A DNA stretch of 48,746 bases from a virus (taxonomy: Duplodnaviria > Caudoviricetes). Positions 27,140 through 37,460 of the stretch are shown piece by piece; the stretch's first letter is position 1, and every line of letters starts with the position of its first letter. The DNA is taken from positions 1 to 48,746 of the IMG/VR virus record IMGVR_UViG_3300020045_005690; one strand, written 5' to 3'. Below the pieces are notes generated by a model, which ran no database searches, was not told the origin of the DNA, and saw only the letters and a program-made list of their open reading frames with translations. Both the position numbers and the translations under genes were made by a program.

Positions 27140-29185
27140 CTAAACGCTTTTAATACGCACATTGTCTGGGGATATGTCCTCTTTCATTAAAAGAGCATAT
27201 CTGCTTATCTCATAATCATAATCCGCCCCATCGGACGAATGTCCGACAGAGAAGAAATCCCCATACTGGAATGGGAAATATACGTAGAATTTGAAGTGTC
27301 TGCGACCATCTTCATCTGGGTCACTAAATGAAGCAGCCATTGGGTTAATCGCCAAAGGCGCTCCACCTAAATAGGCTGATGATTCTGCTCCATCCAGAAA
27401 GCCAGTTTCATCAGTTGAGAAGTTGAAAGTTAGGAAGGCATCTGCCGAAAAATCCTTCCAGACGTTAAATGTAATAGTTGTTCCTCCTCGGATATACCCC
27501 TCAATCATAAGACCGTTCATTGCTTGGGTAGCTGTTTTTTGTGATGTTAAGTTGAAGTAATGTGTCGCATACTCTGACACAATTGGGTAACGATTAGTAC
27601 CAACAATATCAGTAAGCCCTGTAAGCATCTTATAAACATTGACTCCAGCGGATTCTGCGTAGTAAAGCCCGTTATTCCAACGAACAAGGGAAAATGCTCC
27701 TATATCCCAAATTCCGTCAAAACCTTTCGTCATCTTATTATAGACAATAATGATATTGTTGTTACTTTCATTAGACGATGACATACACGGAATATAAATC
27801 TTATCTTTATATTCGATACCACGACCTATTTGAGTGAATTCACAAGCATCCAAAAATCGTTTAATTGGATAACCAATATTTTCAGTTTGAGGTTTAACGT
27901 CCTTCAATCGTACACGACCAATGGAAGTAAACTTCTTATCTTCAGTTACGAAGTAGATATCATCAGAGCCACGAATTGTTTTTCCTATACTTCCTACATT
28001 TTGTTTAATAGGAGTACGTGTTGCAAGGTCGCTTGTGTCCTGTGAATATTTTACAGACTCGATATAGTTTTTCTTAAAGATTATTGCTTCATCTTCAAAT
28101 GCCTGAACATCAGTGATATCCCCACCTCCATATGGAGTTGAAACAATGTCTCCCTCACCAGCCACACGAGTTGCTGTGAATGTAAAATCTGTGGGAGTAT
28201 TTACTTTTGACACGAAATAGCTTCCTGCTGAAGAATAACCTTGTAGTGCACCACCAGAGTCACGCGCCATAGCAGAACGTACATTACCCACAATAATGCG
28301 GTTAAGATAGTTTGTTAAACGATTTCCACGAGGGTTAGCTGGGTATGCGGTTGGGATAAGAGTTACTGGAGTATTATCGGCTGCGGAGTGAGCAGAACTT
28401 ACTGGGAAAATATTGTAAACATCAGGAGTTGTATATGATATGGTTGTATTATTATAAATTATAGTTCCAGTTGCAGGAAAAGCGAGTTGTCTTATTTGGA
28501 AAGCAATATTGCCCGGACCCGCACCAAGAGTGGCAAAGGTCAGTTGGGAGGTTGTATTGGCACTAATGAGTCTGATTTTACCAGTTGACGGGAAGTAAAT
28601 ATAAAATCCAACATATTGACTCGCCGCCCACGTTGCAGTTGATACGTCAACCGTTGTCGCAGAGTTTGAAGTTGCTGTTGCACTTAAAAAGATTTCATCG
28701 GTAAGGAGAGAGTCTACCGTAACTGATGTTTCTCCCCCAACCAATGCTCCATTAAGAAGTGTAATAGCTGCGCTCCAACGTGAGTATTCTTCATAACGGT
28801 TAGAAAACATTGTGTAATCCTGCTTGTCATTATTAACCAGAGATGTAACAAACCCGAACTCTTTGTCGGATGTAAAGTCGGTCTTTACTCGGAACCAGTC
28901 GGTAGTCTTATTTTTTGAATAAGCTTCCATATAGGTATCGTAAGTTTTTATCAGAACCTCATCTGAATCGAAAGACTTGCGAAAGTTATAAAATCCTTTA
29001 ACACCGAATGCTGCAGTAGAATAAGTTCCGAGAAGTTCAGTGCCGGGGCGAGGAGCAATTCCCCCTCTATCTGTAATCTGACAATTTCTCATTTTACGAG
29101 CTGAACCAAAAGGAGCCTTCGTTGTATCCTCGAGAGCGTAGAACCCTAACTTGAATTTTTCCATGTCGAGAAATACTTCTTTCAT
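27140..29185 (-). CDS. Podovirus tail tube B / nozzle (P22 gp10-like stabilisation protein)
   Basis: 681 aa beta-rich; N-terminal N..GGIAPRPG motif; follows the adaptor. Confidence 0.65.
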   Translation of the reverse strand: MKEVFLDMEKFKLGFYALEDTTKAPFGSARKMRNCQITDRGGIAPRPGTELLGTYSTAAFGVKGFYNFRKSFDSDEVLIKTYDTYMEAYSKNKTTDWFRVKTDFTSDKEFGFVTSLVNNDKQDYTMFSNRYEEYSRWSAAITLLNGALVGGETSVTVDSLLTDEIFLSATATSNSATTVDVSTATWAASQYVGFYIYFPSTGKIRLISANTTSQLTFATLGAGPGNIAFQIRQLAFPATGTIIYNNTTISYTTPDVYNIFPVSSAHSAADNTPVTLIPTAYPANPRGNRLTNYLNRIIVGNVRSAMARDSGGALQGYSSAGSYFVSKVNTPTDFTFTATRVAGEGDIVSTPYGGGDITDVQAFEDEAIIFKKNYIESVKYSQDTSDLATRTPIKQNVGSIGKTIRGSDDIYFVTEDKKFTSIGRVRLKDVKPQTENIGYPIKRFLDACEFTQIGRGIEYKDKIYIPCMSSSNESNNNIIIVYNKMTKGFDGIWDIGAFSLVRWNNGLYYAESAGVNVYKMLTGLTDIVGTNRYPIVSEYATHYFNLTSQKTATQAMNGLMIEGYIRGGTTITFNVWKDFSADAFLTFNFSTDETGFLDGAESSAYLGGAPLAINPMAASFSDPDEDGRRHFKFYVYFPFQYGDFFSVGHSSDGADYDYEISRYALLMKEDISPDNVRIKSV

Positions 29186-29188
29186 AGT

Positions 29189-30361
29189 TTAATAGGTATA
29201 ATATTCATAAGTAAATATCTTAGCCTCACTTGGATGATTCTTCTCATAGTTAGTAAGCATATCCTTGTAATCTTTTTTATATTGAGCCACAGTTGTATTA
29301 TCAAAACCTAACTCATCTGCTGCGAGACAACGAGCCTTCGCAAGATATAAGTCGTATTCATCAGTGTCAGCAACAAGATAGTCAGAAGTTGCTGTTGAAT
29401 TTTCAATGTAAGAACCTGCTGCAGTTGTCCATCCATACTTTGAATAGTACTTAACATTTGTTACAACTCCTTTTTTAAGAACAAGCCAGTCAAACTTATA
29501 GTCTGATTCAGAAATCTTACCCGAAGTCTTTGTCATATAAATAACAAAGTATTTTATATCAGTTATTGTAGGTGTTCCAGTTGTTGAATAACTTGCGACA
29601 TCAAACTTTAATAGATTCCATCCATTTACAAACGCTGTCCCATCTGCTTGAGCAGTAACTGTTTTATAGTAGTAGTTCGAAGCATCTGTACCAAACCTTA
29701 AGATATAGTTTGTAATGTTAGTTACATCTGTAATCTTGTGCCAAATAAAGAATGCTGATGTTCCACCAAAATAATCAGTCATATCTACTGGTGTTATCGC
29801 TGCATTTTGAATACCTGCAGTTGTTCCACCAACAGCGTTAATGTTGAATTTCAATGCTCCACTACCTTTGATAAAGTCAGCATCATCTTTAAGGATAGTA
29901 GAATCTGTAACATCTCCAAAACCTGTCCAAGAAGTTCCATTACTAGAGCCTGAAGTCACTGAATCAAGTTCAGATACTACAACTGAATTACTATCTACAA
30001 TTGACCTTACCTTTAGAATCTTTGTTCCATTAAAAGAATCAATTGCAATGTCTCCATTCTGTGCATTAGTTTCGAACACTTCAGGAGGAACAAGATTAAA
30101 CACTCCATCGCTTCTTTTTGCTTGTGAAGGAAGGTCTATGATTGCATTACCCTTCAAATCTGTCGGGCAAAGATAATCAAAGATTCCATTGAAAAGGTTA
30201 GGAGAAAGAACTGACCTTCGGCGAAGTGACATCAAATCGAAATCACTATTAACCTCACGAACAGCATCATTCATTGTTTCTTGGGGAGAAACAAGCATAC
30301 CAATTTTGCCTTGTATCTTTGCATTTAGCCTTGATTGAAATGTTGCTTGTGTGTATATCAT
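29189..30361 (-). CDS. Putative head-tail adaptor (tail tube A-like) with inserted beta domain
   Basis: Helical termini (MNDAVREV, YLCPTDL), central beta insert (GWNLLKF); position. Confidence 0.55.
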   Translation of the reverse strand: MIYTQATFQSRLNAKIQGKIGMLVSPQETMNDAVREVNSDFDLMSLRRRSVLSPNLFNGIFDYLCPTDLKGNAIIDLPSQAKRSDGVFNLVPPEVFETNAQNGDIAIDSFNGTKILKVRSIVDSNSVVVSELDSVTSGSSNGTSWTGFGDVTDSTILKDDADFIKGSGALKFNINAVGGTTAGIQNAAITPVDMTDYFGGTSAFFIWHKITDVTNITNYILRFGTDASNYYYKTVTAQADGTAFVNGWNLLKFDVASYSTTGTPTITDIKYFVIYMTKTSGKISESDYKFDWLVLKKGVVTNVKYYSKYGWTTAAGSYIENSTATSDYLVADTDEYDLYLAKARCLAADELGFDNTTVAQYKKDYKDMLTNYEKNHPSEAKIFTYEYYTY

Positions 30362-30373
30362 AAATGTTCTGAA

Positions 30374-30772
30374 TTACTCTACAATAGGTGTTTCAGATAC
30401 TACTTCAAGAGGTGTATCAACTGGAACTTCTTCAGGTACTACTTCAAGAGGTGTATCAGCTGGAACTTCTTCAGGTACTACTTCAAGAGGCGTATCAACT
30501 AGCACTTCTTCAACTGCTACTTTTGTAAAAGGCACAACTTTCTCTACGTCTGTTACCCCTTTTTCCACGAACTTAGCTTCTACACTCCCTAGTAGGATAA
30601 TGAGTTCTTGCTTCTGTGCTTCGATAGCTGCTATTTGGTCATCGTACCCTGCTATCTTTGCTTTCAACTGGTCAATAGACCCTGTAAATACAGGTCGTTC
30701 TATTGTTTCGCTTATGACAACTTGAGCTGTTTTTGCTGGTTGACCTTCTTCTAAATGTATATTTATATTCAT
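30374..30772 (-). CDS. Acidic protein with PLEVVPEEVP repeats
   Basis: Start at ATG 30772; coiled coil followed by a repeat tail. Confidence 0.7.
   Translation of the reverse strand: MNINIHLEEGQPAKTAQVVISETIERPVFTGSIDQLKAKIAGYDDQIAAIEAQKQELIILLGSVEAKFVEKGVTDVEKVVPFTKVAVEEVLVDTPLEVVPEEVPADTPLEVVPEEVPVDTPLEVVSETPIVE
30401..30512. repeat. About 3 x 39-bp coding tandem repeat
   Basis: TACTTCAAGAGGTGTATCARCTGGAACTTCTTCAGGTAC units. Confidence 0.9.
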
Positions 30773-30792
30773 ATGCTTATTATTAGTTTTTG

Positions 30793-31722
30793 TTAAAAAT
30801 CTCCCCACCAACTGAAGTAGGGTATAGAAGTGCCACCTAAACTAGTTATAGTAAAAGTTCCATTTGATGTGAATGTGTGGACTGTATTACCCCCTGATGT
30901 TGTAATTGTTCCTCCTGTTGCAGAGATGGTGCCAGTTATGTAAGAAATAACAACAATACCGTTTGCGCCACTGCCACCATTACTTGCAACTAGTGTTGAA
31001 CCAGCTCCTCCTCCGCCAGAACCAGCAGTTGTTGCGCTACTTCCTGCTGCCCCACCATTTCCACCATTTCCACCCCCTGTTCCTGCTGTACCACCTGTTC
31101 CAGTTCTACCTCCGCCTCCTCCACCACCAGAGGCATAAGTGACTGAAGAACCAGAAATAGAGTTTGCTGTACCATCTCCGCCAGTACCACCTGTATTTGT
31201 AGGAGCTGAACCTGTTGTATTACCTCCAGCAGATGTAGCACCTCCACCTCCACCAGCAGCACCGTCTGTTGACGGGGAAGCGTTTTTACCACCAGCATTT
31301 CCTGCTGTTGCTGTGCTTGCTGTAGAGCCACCCGAACCACCACCTGAAGCTCCTGTAGAACCTGTATTGGTTTGTCGTGAGCCTCCTCCACCTGGAACAG
31401 AAGTCATTGTATCGAAAACACTGTTTCCACTACCAGAACTTCCTGCTGCATTTCCTGTTCCGCCACTGCCACCACTTCCAATAGTGATTGAGTACGCCTG
31501 TACTGTAACTGCGTGAGTTGCATCATATTGATATTGACCAGCTCCTCCTCCGCCTCCAGCAGCGTTGTCTCCCCCAGAACCACCTCCACCACCTCCAGCA
31601 CCCACGACTAGGGCTTGTACTGTAGATGCGGCGTAGGCAGGTGTAAGACCTATCAAAAAACTACTAATAGCATAAGCTGAAAGGAATACTGAGATTATGG
31701 ATTTTTGTAGTAGTTTTTTCAT
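30793..31722 (-). CDS. Glycine-rich domain protein with Sec-type signal peptide
   Basis: LVVGAGGGGG..GSGANGIVVISY..VHTFTSNGTF; N terminus MKKLL..PAYA/AST. Confidence 0.8.
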   Translation of the reverse strand: MKKLLQKSIISVFLSAYAISSFLIGLTPAYAASTVQALVVGAGGGGGGSGGDNAAGGGGGAGQYQYDATHAVTVQAYSITIGSGGSGGTGNAAGSSGSGNSVFDTMTSVPGGGGSRQTNTGSTGASGGGSGGSTASTATAGNAGGKNASPSTDGAAGGGGGATSAGGNTTGSAPTNTGGTGGDGTANSISGSSVTYASGGGGGGGRTGTGGTAGTGGGNGGNGGAAGSSATTAGSGGGGAGSTLVASNGGSGANGIVVISYITGTISATGGTITTSGGNTVHTFTSNGTFTITSLGGTSIPYFSWWGDF

Positions 31723-31723
31723 G

Positions 31724-34387
31724 TTAAAAATTTGGACTCATTGCGCCTTGAATAATTACCTGACTTGATGTTCCATACATCGAAGTGAACGAGTACAGGT
31801 CGCAGTTATTAGCAGTAGTTGTTTGGGTTGGTACTGTTTTATTTACCCAACGGATTTGGAGAGAAGACTGCCACGTAAGAGCACCTGCTGTTCCTGTTGG
31901 GGCATTACAGACGTTTAGCTTGATGTTTTGCCCTGGCGTTGATGTTGAATTTACCATATCAATTGTTACCGCAGATGTGGATATTTCAACTGTTTGTGAG
32001 TTGGCTCGATTCCAGTTAATCGTCATGGAAGTTGACGTTGCTGTATTCCAGTTATATGGGGCGACAGATATTGAACCTGTAGCAACATATAAAGTGTTTT
32101 GTGGAGTTGTTGTGCCGATTCCTACTCGTCCTCCACTTGTAGCAAGTGTAGTAGTACCTGCCACAGTTGCGGTACCTGTTGCTGTGATAGTGCCCGCGAA
32201 GTACGAGTTACCATTAACTGCCAATTTAGCTGCTGGCGTAGTAGAACCAATACCCATATTACCGTTAGTACTTATTGTTACTCGTACAGCATTTGCAGAA
32301 CCAACATCCTTAAACAAAAGTTTACCTGCACCTTCACCAGCACCAGATGCGGTTGTAATAATATCCCAAACACCACCAGAAGTTGCTACCGACCTCAACA
32401 TAAGACCGGCACCTGCTGAGTGACTGCCGTCAAGGCGCATAATATCAAAATCCGCAGATTTACCAGAAAAATGAAGTGGGTTGTTTGGCGTACTCGTTCC
32501 AATTCCAACATATCCTGTAGACTTGATAATAAATGTAGAAGTAGAAATGGCAAGATAGTCTCTACCAGAAACACCAGACCCTTGAACAGCAAGAAAAGAC
32601 GTTGAAGTTGTTGTTCCTATGCCGAGAGTTCCAGAAATAGTCGTAGTAGCTAGAGTTGAAGTACCAACAACAGAAAGAATGGAAGTTGGGGTAGTTGTTC
32701 CTATACCAATACGACCATTCAGTGCATCTACTGAAAATAGGCGTGTATCAGTTGACGAACCAATCGATAAGGAGTTAGCGGCACTATTGAGTGTCCATTT
32801 CTGTGTAGTAGATGAGAAGATATTACCTGCATCCATGTACAAAGCATAGTTTGTGGCTGCGTTTAGAGCAGACGAGAATAGACCAACATTTAATCCTCCC
32901 GCGTGTGTTTGATGTGAATATCCTCGTACACCAATAGCTGAACCACCATCTGCTGTATCTGTAACCATTCCTTCTCCTGTAATTCCACTTGACCTTGTGG
33001 AACTGTTTGTCCAACCTTTAAAATATCCTCCAACACCCCAGACATTTGTATTAGTAGAAGAAGCTACAGCAGAACCAACAATCCCTATATTATGAGATTC
33101 TACGTCTGATGAAACATTTGGTGCAACAATCATTTTTGCAGCAGGATATGTTGTTGTGCTTGCCCCTATTCCTATAAGTAAACGACCTTGAGTTTGGTCA
33201 AAGACTGTATCGTCCCAGAAGAATGTTGATGTTCCTGTGATTGATGATGGGCTATTCCAAAAAGTTACTTGACCATTTTGTCCACCAGTAACAGTTCCCG
33301 TAGGACTTGTCGTAGCGATTATCTTTCCGTTTTCATCTACAGCAAGAAAAGAAGAAGTAAGACCTGTTGGATAGATGTTTGTTGCCCAAAGATTTGTTGT
33401 TGTTGCATCAGTAAAACGTGAAGATGTTGCTGAAAATAGTCCTGTAGAAAATAAGTTAAAAGCTCCTAAGTTAACATCAGAAGTTGCTCCTATGTAGGGT
33501 ACGAATGTGGAGGAAGCGTAAGCATTTGATATACCAGAAGAAGAAGGTACTGCCCATGTGCCATCTCCTCTCCAAAAAGTTGTTGCATCTGCCGCAGTTC
33601 CACTATCTAAATTCGTTACTGGTAGATTTCCTGTTATGTCTGTTGTAAGGTCAACAGCAGAAGACGTTAAATTGCCAGAAGCATCGAAATGTCCAATACC
33701 AGCTCCGAGAGTCGTGAACTTAGAAGCCTTTGTAACGTCTAAAGTAGTTGTATTTACGTTTATTGCTTCACTTCCAAGATTATCTTTAATTGAAATATTT
33801 TCTCCTGTTGGGGCTTGAATTGTTATAGGAAGAATACGTGTGGTAAAAATATCTTTCCAGCGTTTACCTCCTGTGCTTGGATTAGAACCGATATCGTAAG
33901 TGTCATTTGTAGAAGGGATTATATTACTATCTACAAAACCAGATAAGGTTGTAGTTCCAGTAACCGAAAGAGTACCTGTAGCAGTTATATTACGGGTAGA
34001 TAAATCTGCAAATAATCGTGCAAATGTACTAGATGCGTATATGTTTGTTACATAAGAATCCAAGCTACTTAGAAGAGCGTATGTAGAAGAAGCATAAGAA
34101 AATGACGAAAAGGTGGAGGACGCGTAAGCGTTAGATACACCCGTGCCACCAGTGATACCGAGGGAAGATGTTGCCACCCATGCTGGCTGACCTCCTAATA
34201 CCCATAGCACATTGCCGGTTGAGCCGATAGGTAAACGTGTATAACGAAGTAATGATGATGTTCCTACAATCAAATCTCCTTTTGTAGAGGTAGACCAACC
34301 AGTTCCTCCTTGAGACAGACTAACTTGCGCACCACTAAAAGAAATTGCTGAGACTAGGATTAAAATTGTAGTTAATATTTTTTTCAT
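31724..34387 (-). CDS. Ser/Thr-rich fibre/adhesin-like protein with GIGTTTP repeats and signal peptide
   Basis: Five G.xGIG(T/S)(T/S)TP-type repeats, YASSTF repeats, TTFWRGDGTW; N terminus MKKILTTILILVSAISFSGA. Confidence 0.8.
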   Translation of the reverse strand: MKKILTTILILVSAISFSGAQVSLSQGGTGWSTSTKGDLIVGTSSLLRYTRLPIGSTGNVLWVLGGQPAWVATSSLGITGGTGVSNAYASSTFSSFSYASSTYALLSSLDSYVTNIYASSTFARLFADLSTRNITATGTLSVTGTTTLSGFVDSNIIPSTNDTYDIGSNPSTGGKRWKDIFTTRILPITIQAPTGENISIKDNLGSEAINVNTTTLDVTKASKFTTLGAGIGHFDASGNLTSSAVDLTTDITGNLPVTNLDSGTAADATTFWRGDGTWAVPSSSGISNAYASSTFVPYIGATSDVNLGAFNLFSTGLFSATSSRFTDATTTNLWATNIYPTGLTSSFLAVDENGKIIATTSPTGTVTGGQNGQVTFWNSPSSITGTSTFFWDDTVFDQTQGRLLIGIGASTTTYPAAKMIVAPNVSSDVESHNIGIVGSAVASSTNTNVWGVGGYFKGWTNSSTRSSGITGEGMVTDTADGGSAIGVRGYSHQTHAGGLNVGLFSSALNAATNYALYMDAGNIFSSTTQKWTLNSAANSLSIGSSTDTRLFSVDALNGRIGIGTTTPTSILSVVGTSTLATTTISGTLGIGTTTSTSFLAVQGSGVSGRDYLAISTSTFIIKSTGYVGIGTSTPNNPLHFSGKSADFDIMRLDGSHSAGAGLMLRSVATSGGVWDIITTASGAGEGAGKLLFKDVGSANAVRVTISTNGNMGIGSTTPAAKLAVNGNSYFAGTITATGTATVAGTTTLATSGGRVGIGTTTPQNTLYVATGSISVAPYNWNTATSTSMTINWNRANSQTVEISTSAVTIDMVNSTSTPGQNIKLNVCNAPTGTAGALTWQSSLQIRWVNKTVPTQTTTANNCDLYSFTSMYGTSSQVIIQGAMSPNF

Positions 34388-34392
34388 ATATT

Positions 34393-34758
34393 TTATGCTA
34401 TTCCATAAATGGAATTACCCGTTCCTGCTGGAGAAAACATTGTTGCTGTTAATGTTGGAACGTCCCACGTCCACGCTGTAACCCCTCCTATTGTATCTCC
34501 ATCTCTATAACTTATTCCATTCATTACAATAATTGAAGGTTTTGAAGCAAACGAAAAAGCTGTGTTTGTATCATCTATTGTTCCTGTCGCCGTGAGAATA
34601 GTGAATGATCCTCCGCCTCCTGTTATGGTTGCAGTAAGAGCATTACCACTAGCTGATATAGTTACACCAGAACCTACAAAATCAATAGAATCAACATCGG
34701 AGGTTATTAAAATACCCTCATCTGATATTGATATTCTTTTATAAGCAGTTCTAGCCAT
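34393..34758 (-). CDS. Small structural protein
   Basis: DEG..SIDFVGSGVT motif typical of fibre-associated proteins. Confidence 0.65.
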   Translation of the reverse strand: MARTAYKRISISDEGILITSDVDSIDFVGSGVTISASGNALTATITGGGGSFTILTATGTIDDTNTAFSFASKPSIIVMNGISYRDGDTIGGVTAWTWDVPTLTATMFSPAGTGNSIYGIA

Positions 34759-34764
34759 AATATT

Positions 34765-35619
34765 TTATATAATGAAGTCCCCAATTAGTTTGTCAGATTG
34801 AGCTTTTTCAATCATTTTTTTAAGCACTAATGTCTTTTCTTCAACACGTTTTTCAGTAACATTGAGTATATTTGCTCTATTAGCATACTCCTCTTTAGCA
34901 GAAACTATTTTTGAATTCTCCTGTTCTAATTGAAGAGAAAGTGATTCTAAAGATTTTTGTTTTTCAGAAATATCTTTGTTAAGTGTTAAAATAGTCTCTT
35001 TAAGTTCGGAATACAGAATTCTACTTTTATTTATATTATTTTCCAAAATAGACACTTGATTATTTAATTCCTCTATCTTTTTTGTAATATCTATAAATTC
35101 TTCTTTTTTACTTTCGATATCTTTTTCCATGTCGACAATATCGAGTTTAGAATTAGAAATAACTTTCTTTTGTTCGATAACCTCATTTTTTATGTTATTT
35201 AGTATCTCTTTTCTTTCAGAAATAGATAAAATCAAATCATTCTCTTCATCTTTAAGAAGAGATAGATCGTTTTTAAGCAATGTTTTTTTGTTTTCAAGTA
35301 CTAATATATCCGCTTCTGATTCTTCTTTTTTAGATCGTATAGATACTTCATCTTCTTTGTTTTTAGTAATTAAATCTAAATGATCAATTTTTATAGTCTT
35401 TATAATCGTTTTTATTGATAATTCTTCCTCTTTAAGAGTTTCAATACGTGCCAATACAGCTTTTTCCTCTTCTTTAAGAGAGTTTATCGTTTCCTCCACT
35501 CTCTTTTTAGTAGAACCAAGCTCTATAACTTCATTTTGAAGACCAAAAATAATTGTGCGTTTCTGTTCAATCTCAATGTCTTGTTGGTCAACAATTGGCT
35601 TCTCTATTGAAGTAATCAT
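34765..35619 (-). CDS. Long coiled-coil protein
   Basis: K/E/I/L heptads throughout. Confidence 0.75.
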   Translation of the reverse strand: MITSIEKPIVDQQDIEIEQKRTIIFGLQNEVIELGSTKKRVEETINSLKEEEKAVLARIETLKEEELSIKTIIKTIKIDHLDLITKNKEDEVSIRSKKEESEADILVLENKKTLLKNDLSLLKDEENDLILSISERKEILNNIKNEVIEQKKVISNSKLDIVDMEKDIESKKEEFIDITKKIEELNNQVSILENNINKSRILYSELKETILTLNKDISEKQKSLESLSLQLEQENSKIVSAKEEYANRANILNVTEKRVEEKTLVLKKMIEKAQSDKLIGDFII

Positions 35620-35621
35620 AA

Positions 35622-36275
35622 TTAATTAGAATTAGTTAGTAACGCTTTAACTGTGATAGCCCCCTGTGTCCAAGAAATTGGGAATACGGTTAGATATTTT
35701 ACTGCATTTATGTTTACCTCATAACTATTGTTTATATCTGCGCCAGAAGCAACTAAGCCAGTTGCACCGTTAACAGCAACAGCAGTATCGAGATTTATCG
35801 CTTGTAAAAACGTATAAGGATTTGAAGGAGATACCGTAGCTGCAAAATTAGGAGTATCTCCATCCTTAAGAGAAGCACTTTCTTTTGTCTTTCCAAGAGA
35901 CCCTGCAATCTTAAGGGTGGCTGTTGCTGTCCCAGTTGTTCCGACTTGAAGTATAACATTTCTAAATTCTCCAACGTACAATATTTTTGGTGCAACAACA
36001 ACAATACCACTCGCCCCAGCCCCTGCACCAGTTCCAGCAACATCTAAACCACTATATCTGTCTTGAAGAGAAAAAGTATCAGCAGTAAGTCTGGTTACTT
36101 TAAAAATACCATTAGCGGCTAAGTTTGTTGTATGTCCATAAATAAGGACTAAAGTTCCAGTAGTAAATCCATGAGCAGTAGCTGTTACAACAATAGGGGT
36201 AGCATCTGTGCTAGATGTTATAGCCACAGGAGTTACAGCATTATATATTGTATATTCCTTTGAATCAGTTTTCAT
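35622..36275 (-). CDS. Structural protein with E1-FCCH-like beta domain
   Basis: ITSSTDATPIVVTATAHGFTTG..V.I.G motif. Confidence 0.65.
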   Translation of the reverse strand: MKTDSKEYTIYNAVTPVAITSSTDATPIVVTATAHGFTTGTLVLIYGHTTNLAANGIFKVTRLTADTFSLQDRYSGLDVAGTGAGAGASGIVVVAPKILYVGEFRNVILQVGTTGTATATLKIAGSLGKTKESASLKDGDTPNFAATVSPSNPYTFLQAINLDTAVAVNGATGLVASGADINNSYEVNINAVKYLTVFPISWTQGAITVKALLTNSN

Positions 36276-36355
36276 AAAGATATTTTTAATTATTTGTTAA
36301 AGAGGATTTTGCAGCCTCATTCCTGCCCAATAAATTGGGCAGAGTGAGACAACAA

Positions 36356-37366
36356 CTAAGCTGTCGGAGTAACACCGATACCTGACGTACCCGCTGTTGG
36401 AACAGGCGCAACAATTTGAATTGCTGCGTTTCTTCCAGATGTGGCTGTAGAAAAGTCAGTTGAGTTAAATGTCGCAGGATATGCGAACACAAGAACCCCC
36501 TTAACTGTTCCTGTACCTGTCTGGGCTGTTTCTGCAATAGCGGCTCCACCAGCAGAGTCAACCGATGCTACGAATGTACATCGGTCAAATACGTTAGTGA
36601 ACAATATATCACCTACCGCATCTAGTCTCACAAATGTGGCTGTGGAACTTGATGAAGAAATAATGAATATACATTCACGAAGTATGTTTGATTTAAACTC
36701 CTGTGAAGTAGTAACTTGGTCAATATGAAATACTGAACGAGCACCACTTGTAAGAAGAGTATCAGAACCAAATGTACAACTTAGATATGTTGCTGAATCT
36801 GAACCGGCTAGGAATTCGTGAGCTGTCGTTCCATTTAGGTTGTTTGCAACACCAAAGACGAACGAACAGTTTTTATATAGAGTTCCTTCACCACCATCCT
36901 GAACAACAGTAAGAGCGTTGGCGTGAGTTGATGACTGAATAAACTTTACGTTTATGAAAGAGTTACGAACCCCAGTCACCTTTACTACATATGCAGAATC
37001 AACTGCACCAGATAGTTCAACCTTTGCACCTTGCTGTACTAGACGGTATCCACCATCCATGCCGATAACATGAATACGACTCTTTGACCAAGCAATTCCA
37101 GTAGAGACACTGTGACTTGAATGACCAGAAAGAAGGATAATATCATCAGCATTTGATGTACAAGCAGCATAAGCTGCTTCCAGTGTTGCGAAGAAACGAA
37201 CGTGTCCTTCAACATCTGGAGTAAATATATCTGAAAGCATTTGCTTTTTTGATGCGTTATCTCCAGAAGGAACTACTACGTGAATTTTTCCGAAAACTGG
37301 ACCAACTGCTGCCGCAATTTGATTAGCTAGAAGCTGACCATAACCAGAATTTAAGTTGTAATTCAT
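36356..37366 (-). CDS. Pectin-lyase-like beta-helix virion protein
   Basis: FATLEAAYAAC..DIILL cap followed by repeated xxCxF rungs. Confidence 0.65.
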   Translation of the reverse strand: MNYNLNSGYGQLLANQIAAAVGPVFGKIHVVVPSGDNASKKQMLSDIFTPDVEGHVRFFATLEAAYAACTSNADDIILLSGHSSHSVSTGIAWSKSRIHVIGMDGGYRLVQQGAKVELSGAVDSAYVVKVTGVRNSFINVKFIQSSTHANALTVVQDGGEGTLYKNCSFVFGVANNLNGTTAHEFLAGSDSATYLSCTFGSDTLLTSGARSVFHIDQVTTSQEFKSNILRECIFIISSSSSTATFVRLDAVGDILFTNVFDRCTFVASVDSAGGAAIAETAQTGTGTVKGVLVFAYPATFNSTDFSTATSGRNAAIQIVAPVPTAGTSGIGVTPTA

Positions 37367-37378
37367 AAGATTTAGTAC

Positions 37379-37448
37379 CTTAATGGTCCACCTCCGTCCT
37401 AGAGCTACAAGTTAACATATGTTAACTTGTGTTCTCATAACCATTAAG
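37379..37448 (-). repeat. Structured intergenic element containing a perfect 24-bp palindrome
   Basis: ACAAGTTAACATATGTTAACTTGT 37407-37430 inside CTTAATGGT/ACCATTAAG. Confidence 0.8.
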
Positions 37449-37460
37449 CGTAATTAATTG

